The position numbers and the translations under genes were made by a program. Below the pieces are notes generated by a model. The model was given only the letters and a program-made list of their open reading frames with translations. It had not been told where the DNA came from and did no database searches. Below are positions 39,014 through 49,240 of a stretch of DNA of 64,000 nt, one piece after another (positions within the stretch are counted from its first letter, which is position 1; each line of letters begins with the position of its first letter). Source of the stretch: an uncultured Candidatus Saccharibacteria bacterium (GTDB lineage: Bacteria; Patescibacteriota; Minisyncoccia; Phycocordibacterales; UBA9973); contig CAZGOI010000001.1 in assembly GCA_964527185.1 (NCBI GenBank), positions 234,410 to 298,409 of the forward strand, given 5' to 3'.

Positions 39014-39232
39014 ATGAAGTTCGACCAACCAGTAAACTTTCAAGAAAATTATAGAAAAGAATTAATAAAGGAGAACCCCATAAAAGAAAGTTTATATATG
39101 CCACACGTAGAATAAAGATAGAAGGACTTTTGGAGTTTCAATGAGCCACAATGTTGCTTTTCTTAGAGATAGTGAATTTAATAGGTGGCAAAAACTTCTA
39201 AAAATACTAGATGAAATCAAACAGAAAAAATA
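39014..39232 (+). other. Two tiny ORFs (33 and 30 aa) directly after the ECF sigma gene
   Basis: MKFDQPVNFQENYRK... (39014-39115) and MSHNVAFLRDSEFNRWQK... (39140-39232). Confidence 0.2.
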
Positions 39233-39250
39233 ATATAATATTCTAATCAG

Positions 39251-39835
39251 ATGGACATAATACACAATCTTGAAACTCTCTTTCACCTTTCAAAATATCT
39301 AATCGTTTTTATTGGGTGCATCATCGAAGGGCCGATAATTATGATTACAAGTGGTTTTTTATTGCGTCTCGGCCAGTTTGAATTCTTACCACTCTATTTT
39401 TCATTAGTCAGTGGGGATTTTGTAGCTGATATATTTTGGTATTTTGTAGGTAGGTATGGAGCAAGAACTCTGATAGACTATTTTGGTAAATTTTTCAAGA
39501 TTAGCAAAGAAGCGGTTGAAAAAATACAAGAAAATTTTCATAAACATCAAAATAGAATTCTTATAGTTTCTAAATTAACGATGGGTTTTGGTTTTGCTGT
39601 TTGGGTGCTTGTAACAGCGGGAATTATGCGCGTGCCGTTTAAGAGATATTTATTAATAAATTTATTTGGTGGTTTTGTCTGGACTATATTTTTGGTTGCT
39701 GTCGGTTACTTTTTTGGAAATGTTTATACGATACTACCTTCGCAATTTAAGTTTACATTCGTAATAATCATCTTTGTCGCCGTGGTATACTTAATAAAGT
39801 CAGTTAATACATATTTAAAAAAGAAAAGATCATGA
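39251..39835 (+). CDS. DedA/VTT-domain membrane protein
   Basis: 194 aa. VTT-like core (ILIVSKLTMGFGFAVWVLVTAGIMRVPFKRY). Confidence 0.65.
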   Translation: MDIIHNLETLFHLSKYLIVFIGCIIEGPIIMITSGFLLRLGQFEFLPLYFSLVSGDFVADIFWYFVGRYGARTLIDYFGKFFKISKEAVEKIQENFHKHQNRILIVSKLTMGFGFAVWVLVTAGIMRVPFKRYLLINLFGGFVWTIFLVAVGYFFGNVYTILPSQFKFTFVIIIFVAVVYLIKSVNTYLKKKRS

Positions 39836-40557
39836 AGCTCTCAATAATAATTCCAACCCTTGAAGAAGAAAAAGTAATAGGTAAAATTCTTAAATCACTT
39901 CAAGAATTACGTGGCCCACAATGTGAGATCATAATATCGGACGGCCACAGTTCTGATCGCACCGTAGATATTGCCAAAGAATATGCTGACAAAGTTATAG
40001 TACACGACGGCAAAACTAGACAAACAATAGCAGGGGGTCGCAATGCTGGTGCTAAAGTTGCAGTCGGTGACTATATCGTTTTTATCGATGCTGATGTTGA
40101 GATATATGATGTTTCTAAATTTTTTGCTCGAGCAGAATCGTTTTTTGATACTAATCAAAAAATTGTGGGGTTAACTGCAAATGTTAGAATAATGAAAGAA
40201 TTCGAAACCATAGCTGACCGTCTAAATTTTGACTTCATAAATTTTATACACCGCTTGGCAAACAATGTCTTGGGTATCGGTATGGCTATAGGTGAATTTC
40301 AAATGGTTCGTAGGTCTGTATTTAATTCTATTGGTGGCTATAATGAAAAAATTGTTGTCGGTGAAGACCAAGAATTTTTTAGAAGACTATCAAAAATGGG
40401 TAAAACTATATTGCCAAAAGACTTGACTATCTATCATACTGGCCGGCGTATCCACAAGCTTGGTTGGTTCCATATCTGGGTTGCTTGGATGAAAGATGGT
40501 CTCGTTGTAACATTTTTTAATAAATCAGTAAGTAAAGAATGGAAAATAATACGATAA
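39832..40557 (+). CDS. Glycosyltransferase family 2
   Basis: 241 aa. IIIPTLEEE...SDGHSSD...FIDADV (DxD). Confidence 0.75.
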   Translation: MKLSIIIPTLEEEKVIGKILKSLQELRGPQCEIIISDGHSSDRTVDIAKEYADKVIVHDGKTRQTIAGGRNAGAKVAVGDYIVFIDADVEIYDVSKFFARAESFFDTNQKIVGLTANVRIMKEFETIADRLNFDFINFIHRLANNVLGIGMAIGEFQMVRRSVFNSIGGYNEKIVVGEDQEFFRRLSKMGKTILPKDLTIYHTGRRIHKLGWFHIWVAWMKDGLVVTFFNKSVSKEWKIIR

Positions 40558-40558
40558 A

Positions 40559-41278
40559 ATGATCTCGATCATCATACCAACTCTCAATGAAGAGAAATAT
40601 ATAAAAAGAACCATAAAAGCTTTTTCGAATATGAAGATGTCACACGAGATTATAATTTCTGATGGTGGTAGTAATGATAAAACGGTCGATATCGCTAGAT
40701 CACTCGGGGCTCAAGTATTTGTACACGATAATTCATATCGCTCAACAATAGCTGATGGTAGAAATATAGGAGCTAGGGCTGCCAAGGGCAACATACTGAT
40801 GTTTCTAGATGCCGATTGTATAATTTTTGATCCAGATTTTTTTGCTGCCAAAGTTGAAAATTATTTCAAAGATCACAACGAGACTGTCGCGATATGCCCA
40901 GTACTACGAGTTCTACCTGAATACTTACGAGGGGCCGATCGCCTCGTAACTTCGTTCATGAATTTTTCCTTCATACTTTTTACAAACGTTTTACACATCC
41001 CATCTGCGCCAGGTGAATGCCAAATCATGCTTAAAAAAACCTTCGATGAAGTCAATGGTTATAATAAAAATCTGATAGTATGTGAAGACATAGATATGTT
41101 CAATCGTCTTTCAAAAAAAGGCAAGGTCACTTTTATAACCAGTTTAAAAGTTTGGCATACTTGCCGACGAGCCCACAAAGTCGGTTGGCCAAAACTTCTA
41201 TTCACTTGGTTCATAAACTCGATATACTTTACTTTTAAGGGAAGGGTTTATTCAAAAGAATGGAAACCAATAAGATGA
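40559..41278 (+). CDS. Glycosyltransferase family 2 (tandem paralog)
   Basis: 239 aa. IIIPTLNEE...SDGGSND...FLDADC. Co-linear with the previous GT2. Confidence 0.75.
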   Translation: MISIIIPTLNEEKYIKRTIKAFSNMKMSHEIIISDGGSNDKTVDIARSLGAQVFVHDNSYRSTIADGRNIGARAAKGNILMFLDADCIIFDPDFFAAKVENYFKDHNETVAICPVLRVLPEYLRGADRLVTSFMNFSFILFTNVLHIPSAPGECQIMLKKTFDEVNGYNKNLIVCEDIDMFNRLSKKGKVTFITSLKVWHTCRRAHKVGWPKLLFTWFINSIYFTFKGRVYSKEWKPIR

Positions 41279-41781
41279 AAAAAGCAACAAATAGAGCCAT
41301 AATAATAACATCGATCTTTGTCATCGAGGGTCTCATGTCGCTTTTATATTTACACGGAGCTTATACTGCACTCGTTATTTTTTATGCAGTCCTATGCTTC
41401 AACACATTTTTTTCAATCAAATTATTCGATTCACTTGGTTTCACCAATAATACAAATCAAAGGATAGTCGATGCGGCTTTATTTTTCATCTACACCGACT
41501 TAGCCTTCTCATTAAACCAACCAGAAAAAGCCATGGTGCTCGTTGTCGCGCTCTTTCTAATAGCAACATACAAATATACTCATCTTTTAAACTTAAGTAC
41601 CCACAATAAACTACTCCGTAGAAAAATTTCTGTCGACAATGGTGGATCATTGATATCATTTATGATATGCATCGGTGTTATCCTTAAACACGACTATAGC
41701 CTCCTTTGGTATTGGGCAGTAATTTTTATCGTTGCCAATATCTATTTATTCACAATTAGCCCTCTCTATAAAATAGACTAA
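41260..41781 (+). CDS. Polytopic membrane protein
   Basis: 173 aa with 5 TM segments. Confidence 0.35.
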   Translation: METNKMKKATNRAIIITSIFVIEGLMSLLYLHGAYTALVIFYAVLCFNTFFSIKLFDSLGFTNNTNQRIVDAALFFIYTDLAFSLNQPEKAMVLVVALFLIATYKYTHLLNLSTHNKLLRRKISVDNGGSLISFMICIGVILKHDYSLLWYWAVIFIVANIYLFTISPLYKID

Positions 41782-41802
41782 ATCGTGTATGATTAGACCT
41801 AT

Positions 41803-42438
41803 ATGAAAAGATGGTTCAATCGATCAAAAGCTCACTTCAATGATAAAAAATACCTAAATACTTTTTTATTCAGTCTCTTCTTGCTTGTAATAAGTCTCGT
41901 TATCAATTTCTATGCTGGGGTCTATGCAACTGAACGCGCCAGTAACCCAGTGACCGATATCATCCTTGATCATATTAGAGTTTACGATATCGGTTTTATA
42001 TTTGTATATGGTGCTATGATTTTTTGGTTGTTCACTATATCGATACTAGTCTATGATCCAAAGAAAATACCTTTTACCGTCAAAAGCATTTCTTTATTTA
42101 CAATCACAAGAGCAATATTCATAAGCCTTACCCATATTGGGCCATTTCCAACTCAAGCTGTTATAGATGCAGGTAGAATAATGCAAAAATTTATCTTTGG
42201 AGGAGATCTATTTTTCTCTGGTCATACTGGCCTACCGTTCTTGCTCGCATTGATTTTCTGGAAAGATAAAAGATCTAGAATATTTTTCTTGTCTGCATCT
42301 ATTCTCTTTGCTTTTGTTGTTTTGATGGGACACCTCCACTACTCGATAGATGTTTTGTCAGCTTTCTTTATAACATATAGCATATTCAAAATAGCTCGAT
42401 ATTTATTTAAAAAAGACTGGAAACTATTTGAAAGCTAA
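41803..42438 (+). CDS. PAP2-superfamily membrane phosphatase/transferase
   Basis: 211 aa. FSGHTG (PSGH-like) and HYSIDV (SRx5Hx3D-like) motifs. Confidence 0.55.
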   Translation: MKRWFNRSKAHFNDKKYLNTFLFSLFLLVISLVINFYAGVYATERASNPVTDIILDHIRVYDIGFIFVYGAMIFWLFTISILVYDPKKIPFTVKSISLFTITRAIFISLTHIGPFPTQAVIDAGRIMQKFIFGGDLFFSGHTGLPFLLALIFWKDKRSRIFFLSASILFAFVVLMGHLHYSIDVLSAFFITYSIFKIARYLFKKDWKLFES

Positions 42439-42476
42439 TTGCACCAAAATCATTTTTCGATCGTATACATAGATAT

Positions 42477-42878
42477 ATGACGAAAAATCTTAAGGAATTA
42501 TTTAAAGATAAGCAGGCAGAGCTGAAGAGCGCCACAGTAGAGAATATATGGCTTACTATCTCTCGCTACGAAACTCGCCGTCGCTTAATTACCCGGTTGA
42601 TCTATTCATTCGTAGGGTTTGCTTCGATTATAGGCCTCTTTATTACCACCAAAGACTTAATCAACCAATTTTCACAATCTGGTTTTTATTATTATACTTC
42701 CCTAATATTTTCAAATAGTTCATCTATCGCTAGCCACTTTAGCGATTTTGCTCTTACGCTGGCTGATTCACTACCGACGACAAGTCTCATCATTTCACTT
42801 TCGCTCCTGTTCTTTTTCGTTGTTTCGTTACGCAAGCTATCTGTCGAGATAAGTAAAAGTAGATTACTAGCAATGTAA
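42477..42878 (+). CDS. Membrane protein of unknown function
   Basis: 133 aa with 2-3 TM segments. Confidence 0.3.
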   Translation: MTKNLKELFKDKQAELKSATVENIWLTISRYETRRRLITRLIYSFVGFASIIGLFITTKDLINQFSQSGFYYYTSLIFSNSSSIASHFSDFALTLADSLPTTSLIISLSLLFFFVVSLRKLSVEISKSRLLAM

Positions 42879-42886
42879 AAATATTT

Positions 42887-43417
42887 ATGGAAAAACAAGA
42901 AACCAAAGAAAACATAAAAAAAATATTTTCATCAAATGGAACCAAAAAAGCTATCAAAATTTTTGGAATTATTATTATCGCTCTATTTATCTTTCAAGCC
43001 GGGGTTTTTGTCGGTTTTCACAAAGCATCTTTTGATCGCGATTGGGGAGAGAATTATTCCCGTAACTTTGGTTTTACCCATAGAGGTGGAATGATGGGCG
43101 GTTTTTCTCCAGAGAATTTTCCAAATGCTCACGGGGCAGTCGGCAAAATCATAAAGATAACTCTGCCAAATATTATTGTTCTTGACAAAGACAATACCGA
43201 AAAAGTTGTCGTTATCAATGACGACACAGAGATAAATAAAATGCACGATGTTATTTCAAAAGACCAACTCGCCCTAGATGATTTTGTTGTCGTCATAGGT
43301 TCACCCAACTCTTCTGGTCAGATAGAAGCGAAATTCATAAGAGTCTTGCCAATGCAGTTGCCAACTCAAAATATAAACGAACCAAACGGGGCTTCTCCAA
43401 ACGGGTCTCAAAATTAA
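42887..43417 (+). CDS. Membrane-anchored small secreted protein (DUF5666-like beta domain)
   Basis: 176 aa. C-terminal D.V.I.G..NS.G.I.A..I pattern shared with the 47087 ORF. Confidence 0.4.
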   Translation: MEKQETKENIKKIFSSNGTKKAIKIFGIIIIALFIFQAGVFVGFHKASFDRDWGENYSRNFGFTHRGGMMGGFSPENFPNAHGAVGKIIKITLPNIIVLDKDNTEKVVVINDDTEINKMHDVISKDQLALDDFVVVIGSPNSSGQIEAKFIRVLPMQLPTQNINEPNGASPNGSQN

Positions 43418-43419
43418 TC

Positions 43420-45099
43420 ATGAAAAAATTTAAACTTTCAAAGTTCATTGAAAAACTCAAGTTATTTATCATCGCCCATAAAATTTGGAGCGCGGTTATT
43501 TTGATCGTTTTGATATTTATTGGCTATAAAATTTTTGCCGGCAAGGCTTCAGCCGAAACGCGCTATGTAACAACCCAAGTTGCAAAATCGACAGTTGTTG
43601 CCTCGATCTCAGGTTCTGGCCAAGTTTCTGTTTCAAACCAGATCGACCTTAAACCAAGAGTCTCTGGTGCCACGACATTTATCGGCGTAAAGCCTGGTGA
43701 TTTTGTAAAGCGAGGGAAACTACTATTTTCAATTGACGCAAGGGATGCCGAAAAAGCTGTTCGAGACGCCCAAACGAATCTTGATTCTGCTAAACTTGCG
43801 CTAGCTAAGTTACAAGAGCCACCAGACCAACTCTCTCTCATACAAGACCAAAATGCTATTGACCAAGCCAATGCCGATAAAAAAAATCAAGATCTAATTA
43901 TAAAAAATTCATATCGAAATCTTTTAAACTCGACACCCGAGGCAGTTCCAAAAGACCAAGTGACCGATTACACTGCGCCAACGATAAGTGGTAACTATGT
44001 TCTCGACCAAGAAGGCGTGATCGAAGTTGATACATACGCGACAGGCGGCGGTTCGACATTTAGTATATCTGGTCTAACAACTGGAACTGGTTCTATGTCG
44101 ACTACGACTCCTCAACCGATTGGCAATTCAGGTCTTTACATAAAATTTCCGACAACTACTGGCGGAGTTAACAATTGGCTGGTAAATCTACCAAACAAAA
44201 AAGCCTCAAATTATGTTTCAAATTACGATTCATATCAAAACACTCTGCAATCTTCACAAAATGCTATAGATAGTGACGACCGCACGATTGCCGAAAATAC
44301 TGAAAAATTAAAACAACTCCAAGCCGGTACCGACCCGATAGATCTGGAAACAAAAAAGCTGGCAGTAACTTCTGCCGAAAACGCTCTGACAGATGCAAAG
44401 CAAACTCTGAGCGATTACTACATCATTGCTCCTTTTGATGGTGTCATTGCAAGTGTTGGGGCAGAGCTCGGCCAAGAAGCGAGTTCGGGCACAGCTCTCG
44501 GTACAATCATCACCAAAGAACAATTGGCAACAGTTTCTCTAAATGAAGTCGATGTGGCAAAGATTAACCTCGGTGACAAAGTCACACTTACTTTCGATGC
44601 CATTCCTGATCTCTCGATTGCTGGTGAAATTGTTTCAATTGATTCTATCGGCACTGTTTCTTCAGGGGTTGTAAATTACAATATAAAAATTAGTTTTGCG
44701 ACCCAAGATGATCGTGTCAAGCCGGGAATGAGTGTCAATGCCGCTATCGTTACCGGTGTTTCACAAGATGTTTTGACCGTTCCAAACTCGGCTGTAAAAA
44801 CCCGCAATGGTTCTTCGTACGTTCAGGTTTTTGATACAGCACTCTCGCCAGCACCGCAGGGTACAACCGGTTCGACATCAAAAGTATTACCACGAGATGT
44901 TATGGTGGAAGTTGGTCTCTCTAGCGACACCCTTACAGAAATTAAAAGCGGATTAAACGATGGCGACATTGTCGTCTCGCGCCTCATATCATCGACATCG
45001 ACAACCTCTCAAACATCTAGCACAGCCCCCGGGTTATTTGGTAACGGCGGTCGAGGTGGTATTGGCGGTGGGGCTATTCGAAACGCGACAGGTAGATAA
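43420..45099 (+). CDS. MacA/HlyD-type membrane-fusion protein with inserted domain and Gly-rich tail
   Basis: 559 aa. TM anchor, lipoyl motif VKPGDFVKRGKLLFSID, coiled-coil. Carries the insert STTTPQPIGNSGLYIKFP...NNWLVNLPNKKASNY. Tail GNGGRGGIGGGA. Confidence 0.7.
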   Translation: MKKFKLSKFIEKLKLFIIAHKIWSAVILIVLIFIGYKIFAGKASAETRYVTTQVAKSTVVASISGSGQVSVSNQIDLKPRVSGATTFIGVKPGDFVKRGKLLFSIDARDAEKAVRDAQTNLDSAKLALAKLQEPPDQLSLIQDQNAIDQANADKKNQDLIIKNSYRNLLNSTPEAVPKDQVTDYTAPTISGNYVLDQEGVIEVDTYATGGGSTFSISGLTTGTGSMSTTTPQPIGNSGLYIKFPTTTGGVNNWLVNLPNKKASNYVSNYDSYQNTLQSSQNAIDSDDRTIAENTEKLKQLQAGTDPIDLETKKLAVTSAENALTDAKQTLSDYYIIAPFDGVIASVGAELGQEASSGTALGTIITKEQLATVSLNEVDVAKINLGDKVTLTFDAIPDLSIAGEIVSIDSIGTVSSGVVNYNIKISFATQDDRVKPGMSVNAAIVTGVSQDVLTVPNSAVKTRNGSSYVQVFDTALSPAPQGTTGSTSKVLPRDVMVEVGLSSDTLTEIKSGLNDGDIVVSRLISSTSTTSQTSSTAPGLFGNGGRGGIGGGAIRNATGR

Positions 45100-45104
45100 A
45101 AATT

Positions 45105-45815
45105 ATGATCGAAGTAAAAAATATTACCAAAACATATCATAGTGGGGATATAGATTTTAAAGCCCTCTCTGGCGTTAGTTTTAAGATTGATGATGGGGAA
45201 TTTGTGGCGATCATGGGACCATCGGGTTCTGGCAAATCAACACTCATGCATATACTCGGGGCGCTCGATACGCCATCGACCGGCACATATCTGCTCGATA
45301 AAAAAGATGTCTCAAAACTCTCAGACGACGAACTGGCAGATATTAGAAAAGACAAGATAGGTTTTGTCTTTCAATCATTCAATCTGCTTCCACGAACATC
45401 GGTCATCCGCAATACCATGCTACCACTTGTTTATTCAGGAGTTGAAAAAGAAAAAAGAAAAGAACTTGCAAAAAAAGCATTATTCTCGGCTGGACTCGAA
45501 GAGGACCACTTCAGTCATTTGTCAAATCAACTCTCGGGTGGGCAGATTCAGCGCGTCGCTATTGCTCGGGCCCTCGTCAATAACCCAACGCTTATTCTGG
45601 CAGACGAACCAACCGGTAACCTCGACACTAAGACAGGTGAAATCGTTCTTGGGACATTCCAAAAATTAAATAAAGAACAAGGTCGAACTGTAATTCTCAT
45701 TACCCATGAACAAGATGTAGCTGAACACGCTGAACGCATCATCACCATCCGCGATGGTCTAATTCAAAGTGACAACAAATCTCACGTTCGCAGGCTCGCC
45801 CATCACCACAACTAA
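45105..45815 (+). CDS. ABC transporter ATP-binding protein (MacB/LolD-type)
   Basis: 236 aa. [36 protein letters not shown]. Confidence 0.85.
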   Translation: MIEVKNITKTYHSGDIDFKALSGVSFKIDDGEFVAIMGPSGSGKSTLMHILGALDTPSTGTYLLDKKDVSKLSDDELADIRKDKIGFVFQSFNLLPRTSVIRNTMLPLVYSGVEKEKRKELAKKALFSAGLEEDHFSHLSNQLSGGQIQRVAIARALVNNPTLILADEPTGNLDTKTGEIVLGTFQKLNKEQGRTVILITHEQDVAEHAERIITIRDGLIQSDNKSHVRRLAHHHN

Positions 45816-45820
45816 AAATA

Positions 45821-47043
45821 TGAAAACAAGCGACATTTTAGAAGAAACATATACAGCCCTATCGACGAATAAAGTTCGTTCGGGTTTAACTATGCTTGGT
45901 ATCGTCATCGGTATCGGTTCGGTCATCGCTATGACAGCCATCGGTACGGGTGCTCAAAATTCTATTTCATCAAGCATTCAATCGATCGGGGCAAATCTCG
46001 TCATGGTCATGCCTGGAGCCCAGAGATCTTTTGGTGGGCCAAGCGCTGGTCGTGGCGGGGCACAATCGCTGACAGTTGCTGATGCCGACGCTATATCATC
46101 GCAAATTTCAAACATCGTCGGCCTTGCACGTGATGTCAATTCCCGCAAACAAGTTGTAGCTACGGGGACAAACACAAATACAACTATCATCGGAACTGAA
46201 CCATCATATACAACGGTCAGGAATTTATCGATCGACGAAGGTTCATTTATATCTCAGACAGATGTACTAAGTGGCAACAAAGTTGCTGTCCTTGGGCCAT
46301 CAGCTCGTGATGATCTGTTTGGAACTGGTGCGACAGGAATAGTTGGACAGAAAATTAGAATATCAGGAGCCGAATACAATATCATCGGCATTACTGTCAC
46401 CAAGGGTGGCTCGGGCTTTAGCAATAGTGACGACGCAATATATATTCCATACACGACCGCCCAAAGATATTTAACTGGCAACCAATATCTAACCGAGATC
46501 GATATTAGTGCAGCGAGTTCAGATGTATCACCACAAGTACAGAGTGATGTAACTGCTCTTTTAACAGACAGGCACCATATCACCGACCCAACCAAAATAG
46601 ATTTTAATACTCTAAACCAAGCCGATATCATTGCTACCGCTTCATCTGTTACAAGCACATTCACTACACTCCTTGCGGCTGTCGCTGGTATCTCGCTTGT
46701 CGTTGGTGGTATTGGAATAATGAATATGATGCTGACGACTGTGACTGAACGAACTCGCGAGATTGGCTTACGCAAAGCCATAGGCGCTAAGAAAAAAGAT
46801 ATAAATACACAATTTTTGATCGAGGCCATCATGCTAACTTTTATCGGTGGTATTATTGGTGTCGTCCTTGGGTGGATGGTTGCTTTTGCCATAACGTATT
46901 TTGGTATTTTGCAAACCCAAGTATCTATTGGTTCAATTTTACTTGCATTTGGAGTCTCAGCGCTCATCGGTATTGTTTTTGGCTACTATCCTGCACGCAG
47001 GGCAGCCAACCTAAACCCGATCGAAGCCCTGAGGTATGAATAA
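45821..47043 (+). CDS. ABC transporter permease (MacB_PCD + FtsX domains)
   Basis: Start moved to the MKTSDILEE Met. One TM, a large extracytoplasmic domain and three TMs. Confidence 0.8.
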
Positions 47044-47086
47044 TTATTAGTTTATTAGTTAACAAGCCATTGGCTTAAAATTATAT

Positions 47087-47530
47087 ATGAATAAAAAAAC
47101 AATAAGTACAATAGTATTGGTCGCGGTAGTAGTCGGAGTTCTATCCTTTTTTGGCGGTATGAAGTATGGGCAAAGCACGGCACTTGCAAGTGCAAACCCA
47201 AATGGTCAGGGTGCTTCACAAGGTCGCAATTTTGGTGCCGGTGGGCGCGGCGGCGGTCCTGGTCGTGGTGGTTTTACTGGGGGACAAATTGTTTCGATCG
47301 ATAAAAATAGTATGACGATTTCCGCTCGTGATGGGAGTTCAAAGATAATATTTTTCACGACAGCCACACCTGTTATGAAAATGGTTGCGGGGACACTTGC
47401 TGATCTTTTAGTCGGTAAGGATGTTGCTATTAACGGTCAAGCAAATTCAGATGGGAGTATAACTGCAGATTCAATTCAGTTACGAACTGCGCCGATGGGC
47501 GATAGTGCGACACAAACTCCAAAGAATTAA
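47087..47530 (+). CDS. Secreted Gly-rich small protein (DUF5666-like)
   Basis: 147 aa. Signal anchor, GAGGRGGGPGRGG, C-terminal pattern paralogous to the 42887 ORF. Confidence 0.4.
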   Translation: MNKKTISTIVLVAVVVGVLSFFGGMKYGQSTALASANPNGQGASQGRNFGAGGRGGGPGRGGFTGGQIVSIDKNSMTISARDGSSKIIFFTTATPVMKMVAGTLADLLVGKDVAINGQANSDGSITADSIQLRTAPMGDSATQTPKN

Positions 47531-49197
47531 TTGTTGCACTCTGGGTCTGGAGTTATACCGACCAAATTAAAAAGTTGATTGCATAAGTCGCTCAATGTTT
47601 CTTTCTTTTTGTAGACGTGGTCTTCGCCAGGATAAGAGACGAGAGACACATTTTTGCCAGCGTTTTTGAGGGTGTTGTACATGTCTTCTGCTTGTGAAAA
47701 TGGTATGGTCTTATCTGCTTCACCGGCTATGATTTCTATCTTTTGGTTTCCGATATTGCCGATCTTGTTTGCGATCGATGCTTGGTCATAGAGAGATTGA
47801 TTGCTATCGCTCGGCAAACCACCAAACTCGGTATTGAATATTGATTTCTGTATATTACTGAGAAGACTCTGCCAATCTGTCACACCGTTTATAGAAGTTA
47901 CAGCAGTAAATGAATCTGGATGTTCGGCAAGCGATTCAAGCGACATGTAGCCACCATAACTGTTACCCGCAAGGTATACGCCCCCGACCTTGTACAAATT
48001 CTTCAGATACGAAACTGCATTCATGACATCTATCACATCCCCCTTACCAACATTGTCTTTGATGCTCTCAGAATAATCCCGACCAAAACCGATGCTACCA
48101 CGATAATCAAGCTTGAGCACCAAAACACTATTTTTTTGAAGGAGTTTTAAAATTGAATCATAAATTCCATAACTGTGATATGGGTGAAAACCATAGCTTG
48201 CTTGTCTAACCGGTCCACCATGAAGCCAGATTAAAACAGGGTATGATGTATTTATGTCAAAGTTGGACGGTTTCATGAGCACCCCGTACATACCGGAAAT
48301 GTTTACGACTTCTTCATTTGGTACTCCTTTGGTCAGGTTAACATTAGCGATTTTTAGAGCAAAAATTTTACTCTTCGAAACATTATAGATTTGTGGGCCA
48401 AAACCATCACCTTGCATACGGCTATAAACTATCGATTGATTAATAATTCGCAGACGATCTACGTATGAGACATTTGTATCAATAATTTTTTCCTTACCAG
48501 TCTTGATGTTTAATCGATAGAGCGACCACAGATATGGATTGTTCTTTTGGTTACCAACATAATAAATAGTTTGCGAATCGTAGAAAATAAAATCGGCAAT
48601 AGTCAACGCCGAGGTCGATAGTTTACTACTTGATATAGTGTCACCCGAGAGTTTTTTTGTATCCGCGAGATATATCGACATATAGCCATCTTTGTCATCT
48701 AGATATCCAAGATACCTTTCATTCGGTGAAAAATTGAAAACACCGTTTGAATCTGTAACCAAGTCCCAATAGTTTCTAGGTTCTTCAAGTTTATAGTTTT
48801 TTTTAGTTTTTAAATTCTTTATGACATATGTGCTCGTATTTGTGGTATCGTTTCTTGGTATGTAATAGGCGACCAAATTTCTTGATGGGGAAAATGTGAT
48901 GTGGTGGGCGCCGACAGTAGTAAATTCTTTTTGCAGAGATTTTTTTATCGCAATCTTTTTTGTTTTACCAAGACTTTCTTTTTTTGTAGGAGTGCAGGAT
49001 AAATTTGAAATACTACAAATATAATTTGCTTCACTACCGATTCCCTCTTCTTTGACTAAAACATTCTGTCCACGGATATCGATGATAGTTCCGTAATCTA
49101 CACTCAAAGCCAGCGCGCTTTTAGCAAAGAGTAGTAAAAAAACTGTGAAGAGTATATATTTGAACTTAGGCATACCAATATAGTATATTATAGTCAC
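47527..49197 (-). CDS. S9-family serine peptidase (prolyl oligopeptidase/DPP type)
   Basis: 556 aa. Signal peptide, beta-propeller-like N-half, GNSYGGYM nucleophile, late Asp/His (GEDHV). Confidence 0.75.
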   Translation of the reverse strand: MTIIYYIGMPKFKYILFTVFLLLFAKSALALSVDYGTIIDIRGQNVLVKEEGIGSEANYICSISNLSCTPTKKESLGKTKKIAIKKSLQKEFTTVGAHHITFSPSRNLVAYYIPRNDTTNTSTYVIKNLKTKKNYKLEEPRNYWDLVTDSNGVFNFSPNERYLGYLDDKDGYMSIYLADTKKLSGDTISSSKLSTSALTIADFIFYDSQTIYYVGNQKNNPYLWSLYRLNIKTGKEKIIDTNVSYVDRLRIINQSIVYSRMQGDGFGPQIYNVSKSKIFALKIANVNLTKGVPNEEVVNISGMYGVLMKPSNFDINTSYPVLIWLHGGPVRQASYGFHPYHSYGIYDSILKLLQKNSVLVLKLDYRGSIGFGRDYSESIKDNVGKGDVIDVMNAVSYLKNLYKVGGVYLAGNSYGGYMSLESLAEHPDSFTAVTSINGVTDWQSLLSNIQKSIFNTEFGGLPSDSNQSLYDQASIANKIGNIGNQKIEIIAGEADKTIPFSQAEDMYNTLKNAGKNVSLVSYPGEDHVYKKKETLSDLCNQLFNLVGITPDPECNN

Positions 49198-49240
49198 AGT
49201 GTTATCAATTTTTCGTTAGTAATTTATAGCTTAAAACCAT

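Noticed and set aside
46254-46967. 237-aa minus-strand ORF
   Set aside because: Antisense within the MacB-type permease gene. No independent signals.
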